From Phallusia mammillata (taxonomy: Eukaryota), in contig OZ281495.1 of NCBI GenBank assembly GCA_965637545.1, positions 8,060,001-8,124,000 of the forward strand: 64,000 nt of DNA. Reading direction: 5' to 3'. Shown piece by piece: positions 37,332 to 49,950 of the stretch. Positions within the stretch are counted from its first letter, which is position 1. Every line of letters begins with the position of its first letter. A model generated the notes under the pieces. It saw nothing but the letters and a program-made list of their open reading frames with translations, did not search any database and had not been told where the DNA came from. The position numbers and the translations under genes are program-made.

Positions 37332-40300
37332 ATGAGTGCACAGAACCCAGACCAGCCTGGGATGGAAATGGAGGAACAATTTTATGGTAGGTAGGGTTGG
37401 GTTTGTTTAAGTTATGTAAAATTTAAATTGAACCCCAAATTCCAATTAAAACTCTTAGTTGCGCATCTGACCTCACTTTTTGTTTGCAGTGAGGCGATGT
37501 AATAGTAACCCAAATCTAATCAACTCTTGATTTGCAGGCACTTGCCACATAAAAAATTGAGTCGACGGGTCTGAGTTTCAACTCTACCACATTTGCCGAC
37601 GTAGTTTTAATTTCTGATTTTTTTCCAGAGTTTAAAATTTTGATTTTTTCGAATTAGTATGCGCACCGGGTGTTTTGTTCAATTTGTCATCAGTTTGACA
37701 ACCCGAATATTTATATGTGTGTGTAGATGTAGCAAGTTGGTCAATTTTTAACTGAACATACGGTCATTTCAAGCATAAAACATTCAGTTTAGATCAGGCT
37801 TTGTATTTGTAATGCGTGTAAACGTCATTAAAATATTTTAGTCTTTCGAAAGGTATAACCAATGCTAGTTATTTTAAATTAGCAGTTAAACTGCATAAAA
37901 TGCGTACCTTTCCATAAATATTGGATATCCCTAGCTGCAATACAACTTGACGTAATATCGAGCATATGCTGACGTAACACAATGTCTAATGTTGACGTCA
38001 TTGAAATAAACCCAAAGTTTTCAGCTCATTTGGAAGGTACATATGTAGTTTGTCATACTTCTGTTGTCTTATGCTTTGCAGAAAATGTTCAATCCACCGC
38101 CAGAGTAAGAAATAACGAAACACTGGAAAAAATGATGATTGAAACACAAAAAAGTGTTCAAAGCAATCGAAAACTGATGTGGTTGATTTTAATTTTTCTA
38201 CTCCTCGTTTTCACAGTCGGATTTATCGCCATTCATTTCTCGGTACGACTGTGCAAAAATTGATTTGTTTTGCACACAAATCATTTTTTTACCTCATCTT
38301 TAAGTATGATAAAAATTGCTATAGTTTGAACAGGGTCGAAAAATGAACTTTTGAAAAAGTGTTGAGTGGTTCCTAACATTTTTTTAACAGTGCACTTTCC
38401 GTCACCTTTGTGTGGCCAAATCGTTTTAACTCTTTACTTGCTTGAGGCGTCAATACAAAAGGGTAAACGAACCTTTCAGTATCGTTTTCTAACAATGTAA
38501 ATATTGTAGTAGTACAACAATAGCATGACTTCGCTACATGTTTAACCTCTGAGTCATCCCTGTTTGAGGCACATATATTAGGTCTGTAAACAAAAGGCGT
38601 GATACGGCCCTGCTGTGGCATGAGCAAAATACCCAAATACACATAAATATAGTTGGGTCAAAACATTTTATACGACATATATTGTTTTGTAATATTGAAA
38701 ATGTCGGCACATCCAGAATACATTTTTTTACTAGATTTCTGCAAAAGTGGAAATGGAAACAAGACAAGGTAAGATTTGACCATTTCGTTTGTAAACTGTT
38801 GCCTGTTTCACATTTCAAACTTTTGTAAAAGTCATTTGATTTGCGGAACATATAATGATAAAAAATACCTAATTATTTTAATGTCTTTGAAATGTTGTGC
38901 CCACTAAAAACTTACTGTAAGTATTTTGCACTAAAAACCATAAATGTACAGCATGTTAATCAAGAGAAAACATTAAAAATGGCGTTGTGTAGAGATTTTA
39001 AAAACTCTATCTACATGAACACTTTTACACAATGAGTTTCGGGAATGACTGATCCCAAGATATACCGATGTGAAAAGGTTGCGTAGAATGAATGATCCTG
39101 AAACACCGGAAGGAAATAATGCATTCACACGAAACTACAACTACAATGCTTCCTCTAAACAGATTGATTGTTGAATTTCGAATCGTGATCAAATTGTTGT
39201 GAAGCGCATGCTTGGCTTTTAAGCTATTCTTGTGCAAAACTTTACATCACTGAAAGTCTTCGCAAGCGTAGTATACAGTGTTATCCGGTGCCCACAAAGT
39301 AAAGCTATTAATATGATTCTTTACCATAAAACACACAGGGTTTTAACCACATTAAGGTAAATAAAAGTTTGAAACGTTCGACTTTGCTGTCCTTCGACCA
39401 AAGCAAACTTTTAGTTTACAAAAGCTGGCCTTGCAACAAATTAAACAGGCGTATCACAAAACAGTTTTAAATTTTGCAATCAGCCTGATTTATACATACG
39501 CATTTTTTCAGCTTTGCAAACTACCTTGTTGAAACAAATCAACACTTCAAATCAAGCAATTCAATCTGCTGAGAAAAGTTTGACCATGTGGAAAGGTAAG
39601 ATGCACGTCGTTGAAAATGTCCGATAAAGTTTTGAAACTTTTTTACATCATGATCTATCTGTTATGTAGTCTTTTTACTCTGGCCTAGTACTACTGAAAT
39701 ATATGGAACGTAAATATTTCCATAACTCGGATTAGTTGGTAGAGCGGGAGTCCCGGAAAGACTCCTGTCGAGGGTTTAAATCCCAGCGCAGGCTAAAATT
39801 TTCTAGCCTACACCTTGCCATATGGTGGTGAATGCTTGGTGACCGGCTGATTCCGTATGGTGCTTTCAATGGGCCTGACGTAGTGTAATCATTGTCAAAT
39901 ATATTACTTATATAACATAGAGCTTGGTAATGAATACAAAAGTTTTGTTTTCGTAATATATTAAACGCAAAATCACTTCAAAATCAAAATCATTACGAGC
40001 CCAGCTACAGAGGTCACACAGGTTTCTTACACATTTTTGTGCACTTGAAAAAATAAACTATCATATACTTATACGTTTAGATGCTGCATTTGTATTGCTT
40101 CGTCACTGATGTACGATATTAAAATATCGGTTTCAAGTGATAACCAACCTTTGTCGTGTATTCCCATGTTAACATGTTTCTTTCATCTAGCAATGAATGC
40201 GAATTATTCGAGTCGTCTCACCGCAACTAACAACAACATTGAACATATGCAAACGAGTTTGACAGCTTTGAAAGGTAGAACTTTGTTACCCATGTTCCAT

Positions 40301-43300
40301 CATGGTGGTGTTTTAGGCTATGAAATTCTACACGCAACCTACGAATGTAGACGTTTATTTTGGCTAAAGAGAACTAATGTGCGAAACTTCAATTGGACAC
40401 TCGTACGCGTTTAACCATTTTTATTTGATTTCAAACGTGACTAGCGGTTTGAAGTCGATTCAAAAGAAACATGAAAAGTATCAAAGTTAGTGACTTGAAC
40501 ATTTGCTTCATTTTAAACCGGTAACATGCAATGTGTTTGCATCCCATACAAATATTTTTACAATAGTGTCATTTCGTAAACATAAACCATTGACGTATGT
40601 TAAGAGTCATACATGGTGCGAATGTGGTCACAGAACGCAGAGATTGTTGTTGAACAAAAAACAGTCAGAACATTCATTCGATTGAATACTTGCTGTCGTG
40701 ATTTGCCAAAAGTGGCTAACAATAAGCATTTTTTACCAAAATCAAAGCCGAGCTGGAACAAAGTTAATTATCATGAGTATCACGTGACTCCTGATACCAA
40801 AAAACTGCCTGATACGAAACCTTCCACAGAAAAATTCATCCTGAAAAAGCGACAAATAAAGGTTAAATAAATTGATTGGTGCAAAATAACTGGATGATAA
40901 GGTTTCGTAAGGCGTTTGTTCTTAAAGTATATAATGGAAAGTTAAGGAGATTGATTGTTGAGTTTCGAGTCTTGATTGAAGTCTGCAAAGCTGATTGTCA
41001 GTTTATTATAACATTTTTTCAATACATATTTTTTTCCAACGTCTTGCAAGCTTAAATAAACTTGAGTAAGTTATTACATGTCCATAACGGGCACATATTT
41101 TTTTATTGATCAGATAAATGTTCATGTTATACTCTACTTCAGAGGCCCTCTTCTACATTTTTGTGCTGCTCACTCTTAGTGATTCCTTTTGACACAGAAA
41201 AAGTGAAATCAAGTGGTTTGTAACATTATTGTTTACTTCTTTTAGACACATTGCAAAACAACATGTTAACCATGGAATCAAAACTTACATACTTACAAGG
41301 TAAAACGAACACCCAAACTCTCATATCCTTATTTACGTTTTCATTTATGCGGATCTAACTTACTATGGTGTAGTTTTAAGTTTGTTTCTAAACAAAGTAT
41401 TACCATGAATATTATAACTCAGTATTAAATGCTTGTGTTTTATTTAACTCTTAGTAAGGTACGGTACGATTTTTTTTTTTAAAAAGTGACTTTTATTTAT
41501 TTTTGAATTGTTGCCACAGATTACTTGGGCATAATTTCCGCACAAGTCACTTCGGGGATTGAAAGTAAGTTTATCTTTACGTTCTCACCCCAATATCTGA
41601 TCGATATGACGTGACCCAAGACCTCTGACATTTTTACCTCACCAGGTGGTTTTGGAAAATAGTAGTTTAACCCGCCATACCGTAAACTACGCAGATAACA
41701 AAATTAAAAGCAACGACTTTGAATTAAAATTTATTTATAGTCACGTAATAAATTTCAATCGACTGTTGTATATCACCAATTTCTCTTGCAGACTTTTCAT
41801 TTTTTGATACCCTTTCAAAATCTGCGTCAAGCATCTTTCCCAGCAGTTTGCCCAACTACTATCGATATAATTACGACCGTAGTAATTACTATATAAGTGA
41901 TGGTGGAAATAATATGTACGACTTTGGAAATCAGGTACTTTGTTATGTAATTTAAATTGGTGCCGACAGAATTTTATTGCAGATTTATTAAGTTATATAT
42001 ATTGGCACGTAGAGAAACAACAAAGATAATAAGATATACTTTTTTGTAAATTAGATTCGAGTGTGGACAGACTCTGGACGTTCAGTGTACGTCATTTACA
42101 ATACGACCTACAGGTAGGTGTCACTTTGTCACTGAAAATGACATAAAAGACACGTACAAAGAAAAAAAATGAAACACATTTGGCCTGGATGGCATGTACC
42201 ACTGGCATATGATGTAGCCTACCTGACACATATTTTGTTTAGCGATCCACTGGGCAATTTTTTGATGGTATGCAAAGCTGGGCACCCATTCTTCTTGTCC
42301 ATGTTGATATTAAATCGCGATGGAGGATCTCGAACGTATAACATCATGGTAACATATCAATAACATATCTAAGTTTGTTAATATGATTTTGCTATCAAAC
42401 GCACAGTTATAATATGTATTGTAGTCGATTGTCTGATCATTACGACGTCGAATATAGATATTAAGTTAAGTTGAAACAAAAATGCTAAAACATGTTTTTT
42501 ATCGGAAAGTCAAAATTGGTTTTATTATATTTCTGTCGTAGTTTGCAAACGGACGTTTCGAATCGTTGTTTTGCAGAAGTCTAAATTATTCGATTTTGAA
42601 ACATTTCGTTTGTAGGAGGGTGGCAATTTGGGAGCAGACGGCAGAGGAAACTACAGTTGGGATGCTGGATCTTTATTGGTAGGATCATACAATATACGAT
42701 ACGTGTTGTATCAAGTATACGGAGCCGGCAATCCTTCCATCATACAGATATACTTCACAGTTTCAAGTCCAGTAAGTGGATGAGTGAAATATTGTCATGT
42801 TGTTGCCTAAAATGATTAAACTGAAGCTTCAATAGTATAAACTTGTAAGGTTCTTTTCTAACAAGTAAGAAAACTTATCTTCAAAACTTGCTATGCGCAA
42901 AGAATAACCTAGGCCTAGACTAGAGTATCTCAAAAAGAGGACAAATCCCACAAATGTGCCAAATTCAATCAAAAAAATTTTTTAATTCTGTAACAATTAA
43001 GTTTATGGTGAAAATAGTAAAAACGCACTTATGTTCCGGTGTGTCACTTTCTCAAACGTTTTTATTATTAATTTTGCTGGGATTTTGAATTTTATAAAAA
43101 AAAATTGTCGTATTTCAATTTTTCACACATTTTTTGTGTAATAATATACTCAGGTATAACATCGGCTACGTTTTGTTGTGTAGATACTTGGCTCAAAAGG
43201 AAATAGTTCACTACATTACTCAGACTATGAGAAGAACACACAGTCGACTTATAATCTAGTCTACATTTCAGGAAACGCTCACAACGTCTACTTCAACTAT

Positions 43301-43738
43301 ATTCTTACATCCACGTAAGAAACGGTGACGTGAAACGTTTTCGGAATGCCACAAATTTAAAACTTTGTCTGAAAACGTTTTTAAAAAGGCGAAAACATTT
43401 TAGTTTGGGCCCCAAATACGATTTGTCAATGCTACCTGAGATTCGCCATTTGAGCATCTTAATATTTACATAAAATTTAGAAACGCCAGGAAAAGACTGT
43501 TTTAAATGTGCTCGCAAGTACCCAGGTTTGGGACAAAATATTGTGTCTAAGCCTGATGCAATAACGCAGCAATTTTTCTTTATGCCTTTTCCCAAACTTC
43601 AGTTTTGTTTTTGGCTTTTAACCAAAATATATTACAAATGTCGTTTGTTTCAGATATTCGTCATCAAATTCGACTTATGTGCAAGCCAGTACTATTGAGC
43701 AAATTCTGCGAAGAATTTTTCAAAACTTTTCAGTGTGA
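37332..43738 (+). CDS. Gene D: tandem paralog of gene C, 398 aa, intact
   Basis: Exons 37332-37386, 38082-38242, 38735-38768, 39512-39595, 40191-40274, 41246-41299, 41520-41564, 41792-41934, 42055-42113, 42243-42348, 42616-42771, 43184-43314, 43654-43738; 1197 nt, no internal stop. Tail MSAQNPDQPGMEMEEQFYENVQ. Confidence 0.88.
39725..39915 (+). mobile_element. tRNA-derived SINE (copy carried by the C/D duplication)
   Basis: ttagttggtagagc A-box, gggtttaaatccc B-box; same intron position as 29463-29660. Confidence 0.6.
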
Positions 43739-45499
43739 ATGGAAACAAGAGTCTCAACCAACTGCGCTTTCGTTGTTATAAGCTTTTAATATGTCAAGAT
43801 ATTATAGACTTACAAATTTATCTCAGCTCCTTAATGCAGTTATAATGTAAAGAACATATCGCCACACAATCTGGCAACCGTTTAATTTTAAAACGTCTAA
43901 TCTAATTTTAGTGGTAATATTGCAATAGAACATTTTCGACGTCCTGCGCATAGTACAGTAAACAAAGGGAAAAAAGAAATAAACGCAAGCACGTCACAAC
44001 GAAAACACTGCTCCATAACGATTGATTGGGCCTCTAATGTTTGAGCAGGTTCCGAAAGCACGCTTATGACGTACTTGCGTTTAATTCTTTTTCCCTTTGT
44101 TTGTCATGCACTGTACTGCGCGCATTCAGTGTTATTTATGGCGACATGTATGGGACGTTTAAACGTCGGTATAAAAATGCAATAGCCAGAAGAGCTCTAT
44201 ACATTTGAAATTATGCTTGGCAGCAACAGCCTATAAAAACTGAACCGCCCTTTAAAAGTGTAAACCCTGGTATAAATTGCTGCCAGATGCCGAAATTAAT
44301 CCGGTCCTAATTTTGTTTGCTGTTGCCGAGGATTGTTTCCCACAATGTCGCTTTTGTGAATTTCGCATTGGTTATAGCGCAATCATAACATGTTGACTGC
44401 GTTTGACCGTCTTTATTTGTGTGTCTATTTCTCCTATATGGAGACACGTACTTTCCGCATGGTATTCGGTTAATTTTACAACCCCGGAGATTTTTTATTT
44501 TGTTTGTTTTTTTGCGACGCCAAATTTATATCCTTTTATCGCCGTTATGAATAAAACTAGTAAACAATGACTTTTCTATAAAAATCCAAATCACTGGTTC
44601 CTAAAACTTTTTGTGTCGCTGCACCTGAGATCAATCAAACGCATTTATACCACATTAAAAAAATCAATGTTATTACCCCCAGAAAAATGTACAAATTATC
44701 CCACAGGTTAAGAACCACTGACATGTAAACCGAAATAAACACATTAAAAAAAGGTTCAATTGTAACAGTTAATGTAGCGTAATGCTTCTCTACCATATCG
44801 CTTTCTTCCTTAAGTTTTTGTTTGTTGTTGGCACTTAAGGCTTTGATCATTGTCACATTTGCACTATGCGAGCTATTCGGCGATAAATAGTAAAGTGGCC
44901 TTTAAAATGTATATAACTACGAATCTCGTGCATGTGCTTTACAAGACTTTGACCCAAAAATTACAAGAAGAAAGCAGACAAACGTTTACTAATACCGATT
45001 TTATTATTTTACGGTTGTTTTTGAAAGTGCAAGTCGCCATGGAAAGTTGCGTTTGTAATCGTATAAAATTCAAGGGACGTGCGTTTTTTTCTCATTTTTA
45101 CTCTGCTTACATATTTACCATGTCTAGTTTTCTCGCCAATGAATAATTAAACTGCTTTTTTCGTATTTTCTTGCAAAAATTGGTCTTTATTTGATTCAAC
45201 AATCACTTTTCGTGGTGTGCCCAAATTGACTGCAACGATTTGATTTGCTTATTAATTCTGTGCCCGTCTTCGAAGTGCGCTGTAAATAAAGAAAAAATGC
45301 AATTTGATTTGATATGTCGTTTGTTGGGGATTATTATGGATGAAATCTAACACTACTAAACTGCCATGTGGCGTTGTCTTAAATCAATAGATTCTTAACC
45401 AGGGGTTCAAGTCTTGTTTATAAGGGGAGCGAAAATTCTGATTCATTGGGGTTGTGGAATAAAAGTTAGTTTGCATAACAAAAATTTTAAACGGGAAGA

Positions 45500-46310
45500 G
45501 AAAACTTGATGATTTCAACGATGCCGAGAATTATTAATATTACAGGTAAAATAATAAATAAATGCGGAAAAATAAATGCGCTATGCGGAAACTTCAAAGA
45601 CCATAACTCAATGGTGTTTCCGACACATACATTCAAAACCAATAACAAAGTGTTCAAGCTTCGACAAAACTTAACCAGTCGAAATTACGACATTGACGTG
45701 GCTTCTTGAGTTCTTTGCACATAAAACTACGTGGGCCAAACAAAGAACAAGTTTTCAACAAGTTGGAATGCACACAGGTCTACCTGGAACGCATGCTACC
45801 TTTCTGTTTTGAACGACGTGGCAGCAATGATCCACCATTAAAATCACAATCCCTGGACGGTTTTAGAGAAAAAAAGCGGAATCGAACAATGCTTTCGAGT
45901 AACGTTTTTGCAGCAACCCAACATGCATTTGTTGGATATACGCGAGGACGGTTTGGTAATTTTGAAGCCACTATTATCACCACCGAAATGGTTTTACCGC
46001 AGTTTAGGTATTCCACGAGGCACCGTTCTGGAGGGGCACTGATTTGTGTTGTTTGGTTCCATCGCGTCCTCTAACGTGTCCTGTGGTAACGCTCTTATCT
46101 TTTTTGCGTGGCCACGTTTACTCTCTGCAAGCAAAACCACGTGGGCCAATCGTAAAACAAAGCAAATGTTCCATAGGATGGAATGCGCACAAGTCCACAT
46201 GTTTTAAAGAAATAAAAAAATCGAACAACGCTGTCAAGTGACGTTCTGTTAACAAACCCACAAATGTATCAGGGTAGAAATGCTCCCACCTAACCCGTGT
46301 TATCTAAAAT
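45500..46310 (+). mobile_element. Penelope-like GIY-YIG relic, copy 2
   Basis: RNYDIDVAS*VLCT*NYVGQTKNKFSTSWNAHRSTWNAC plus a duplicated second copy; orthologous position to 35290-36040. Confidence 0.7.
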
Positions 46311-46599
46311 ATTCTGGGACACTAAGTGGCGACAGAGAGCCAAAGTTATAAAATTCTGCGGAATAACTAAGTCGGAATCGATTATTTATTTGGCCATAAT
46401 CGTAATACTGACTTTAATGTAACTAGGAATTTTTCCAATATTTTCTCATAGGACAAAAACAACGAAATATTTGCCTGTCAGTCACATCACTTAGAATTTT
46501 GGTCTCAACAATTTTAAACTTTTTTGGTCTCTACAACATTTTCGAAATTAAATTTAAAATGTGTTCTGTGATAATTCCATTTCGCCATATCGTTTGCAG

Positions 46600-48300
46600 A
46601 AACGTGTCAAGGCATTTGCAAAATAAAAAAACAACAAAAGACGTAAAAGAAGCTGATGGAAGCATTGAAAAGCGTCCAAAGAAATAGGAAGCTGATGTGG
46701 TTGTGTCTTCTCTCCTTGCTTCTGATTTTCGCTGTCTTTATCGCCATAATATAACACTGAAACCAACAGTTTGTGCAGTCTAGAGGACAGTTGTGAGTTA
46801 GTGACTCATTGTACCTGATGATGGTACCAACATAGGCATTAGCCTAGGTTTGCTTGGAGTAAGCCTGAGCTGTGACTTGTCCTAAATTTTGGACGTCACA
46901 GTTAGCTATAGTAATAATAATCTACGCAACGCATTTGAATTGGTTGGTTAGATCATCATTGTTATCGAGGAATTGAGAAACATTTTGAGTTTGTGTTGCC
47001 GAAAAGCATTTATCCTAAGGTAAAAACACATTTTATTTAATAACCATCGATATTTCGTAGAATATACTCTAGGCTTAAAAACGTATATACACATTTTGCA
47101 AGATCGTTAGTTAAAGCAAAGCACTTAAACCGGGAGAGAATAATGGGTAAATTGAACCAATTACATTTGTGTATATAAGATAAGAACAAATTAAATTAAC
47201 TGGGCTAACGGTATCAAAATTTAATTGAACTAACTCTTTTTTGCTCAGAAATCGGAGCACCACATGAGCCATACCGGAAGTGGTTGCGCAACACGTTACA
47301 AGCTGAAATCGTAAGATATGAAATAGTTTTTGCTGTTGGATTCATGATTGCAACATGTAGCATAAAATACGAGGCTTACATTGCAACCTCATAAAACGGT
47401 TCATAAGCCGACCGGATAATCACATACCGATTAAACGAGTTTTCAATATTCCAGGAAGCTCTGTATTGCCATGTGTCGTGTTACAAATTACGATTATCAA
47501 CCATGATGACCAATAATATTTGTTATTAGGCAAAGTGATTTGTTTTACAGAGTTGCTTCAGAATAGTTTAATCCAGTGGTCGGCAACTGCCGGTTCCCGG
47601 TCCGGAACCGGTCCGCGACGAGTTCGTTACCGAGCCGTAAATTTTTTCAAGTTAAATGCTCTAAAAGTTTTGCCAATGCATCCAAGGGATAATAAACTAA
47701 TTTATGTGTTTTCAGTGCTAAATATTTGTACTTTTTGAAGACCGGTCCGCAAAAAAAATCAGTTTCAAAAGCAGTCCGCAGTAGAAAAAAGGTTTCCGAC
47801 CCCTGGTTTTAACCAACTTCAGCTGCGACGTCCAATCAGTTTCAAAGATTTGCGTGACATGACAGGTGAACTTACTTAAATGATAACTTGCTGTGTATTG
47901 ATTTGTAAATAAATTATTGGAGTTGTTTCAATTTGTTTCTGTTCTAAGATATAATACACCACAACTTTACTAAAATCGCAAGGATTCTAACAGATGAAAC
48001 AAAATCAGGAAGGTATAGAAAAACTTGTTTGGATTTATGATATTAAATGAATGCGGACTAGTTTTCATTCAATCCATACAAATGCAATCGGAGATAAAAA
48101 AACATTTTCAGGGTCCAAAATATTTTTAACAGCTAATACAGAAAGCGTCAATTCAAGAGAGAACAAACAAATTAGTTTTGACACTTACATGTTGGAATGT
48201 TTGGATAAAAATAGAAATAGGCGTCATGCCTATTTTCTCTCCAAGCATTCCAATCAATCCAGGAAGTAAACGCCACAAGGGGATATAATTACTAATGGCA
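46600..48300 (+). pseudogene. Type-2 receptor pseudogene (degraded paralog of gene F)
   Basis: Exon 2 from 46600 (ETCQGICKIKKQQKT*KKLMEALKSVQRNRKLMWLCLLSLLLIFAV) with a stop and no donor; stalk exon 47551-47865 split by a MITE; intron sequences alignable to F at ~62650-62800 and ~63580-63720; exon 1 absent. Confidence 0.8.
47574..47805. mobile_element. hAT-type MITE inserted in a stalk exon
   Basis: TIRs cag(t/g)ggtcgg(c/a)aac; imperfect TSD gtttaatc/gttttaac derived from exon sequence gtttaacc. Confidence 0.8.
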
Positions 48301-49950
48301 CGATCGTTTGTTATGAATAAAATACTCAACCATGTCGTATGCGTTGTAGCTTCCTGATTTTGTATTTTTGGTGGCCAAAATGCTGATAAATATATCAAAA
48401 AATGGCCGAGTTGTTCGTTACATAAGACACTTTAGTAATTTTATCTGACTGTTGTTTATTACGTTATCTTCAACAACTCTTATATGAATCATGGTTACCT
48501 TTAGACCACCTCCAGACTCGTAATTAACCTTGAGACTGTGGTAAAAGTGTTTCCGTGAAAGGTTTTGTGATTTTCCGTTAAAGGTTTCGTGATTCCCAGC
48601 CTGCATAAACCAAAAAAAAAACAATTTTAAAAATCATATTCAATTAATACGGAGCTGACCAAAAATTTTTTTATATCCTGTGGATTTTTAAGATTTTGGA
48701 CTGCCTACGTTTTGGACTGTAATTAGCCAACAATTATTTTTATTTTTATTTTTTTACAGTCCTAAGCGTGCACGAAACAAAGCCTGATTCCAAGAGTTTT
48801 TTTACCACCCACAATAACCAGAACGGTCATTTTACCATTTGCCAGTGACTGAACCACAGCAAATATATGCAATATCTGTTTTTGTAACGATTGATTGCAA
48901 CAAGCACAATAGCGCATGTTTGTACGGTTGCAATTAAAATATTGGTTTATTTTGCTGTACAAACATCAACATTTGCATTGTTGTAAGAAACACGAAAATG
49001 TATCAAGGTACAAATGCTCTCACCCATTTTGTGTTATCTAAAATATATTCAGTCGCCCTTTTTACCATCATGTTTTTTCTCAAAGAAGTGTCGTAACGGA
49101 AATCTGACATTATTGACGGCAAGGACCCAATAGTCATCAAATCTCAGTCTTTATACTGTAATATGTAAAGAAAAAAGTGTTTGCATGCTTGACCAGAAAG
49201 TCTCTAAGGTGCAGCACTTGGTGATACCGAAATAATGAGAACTAATTATGACACAGTCGGAATATAAAGCAAAACGCGCTGTAACTTTCAATGGTTTATT
49301 TGCAGAAGTATTTCGTTGTTAGGTACTGTGATTTATTGACTAGCCTGAAACGAAAGCTTTGTGTGATAATTTCACTTAACTTTTAAGCTTAATCTGATCT
49401 TTATATTTAAAATAATTTGAGTTCGGGCCTGGATTCGAACTTGTGCCATTCGGGTTCGGACTGGATTTAATGGCCCCTCTTACAGCTTGGTGTACAACAC
49501 ATACAACCGCATTATGCATTTTGAACTACCATAATTGTTTTTTTTTAAACCGCATGAAAAAACTTTCATTACGAAAGCATCAACGTTCCCAAATTTTTGT
49601 CCATATTCGCGGGTTACTCATTCAGAGTTTTCATCTGTGTTTTTGGAGCATTTTTAAAATTCTCAGAGAGGCGATTGTATCCTCTTACCGTTACGTGTCC
49701 ACGTTCAGTAATAAAGAGTGTTTTCCACGATAAAAACAACAACACACTTTACCCGATGGTAAATTTGCTCGCCATCTATGAAATCCCCTCTTGTGTCAAA
49801 AATGCTGACTCAGCTATTTTACGCGGAAGTAGACAAACTGATTGGGAAACGGCCTGTATATGAAGCAGAACACGCTGTAACTATTCCAGTCCCGAATTAA
49901 AGGTACCTTGTTTCAAGATTTGTTTGCAAGTGACTGTTAAAGACTTTACA

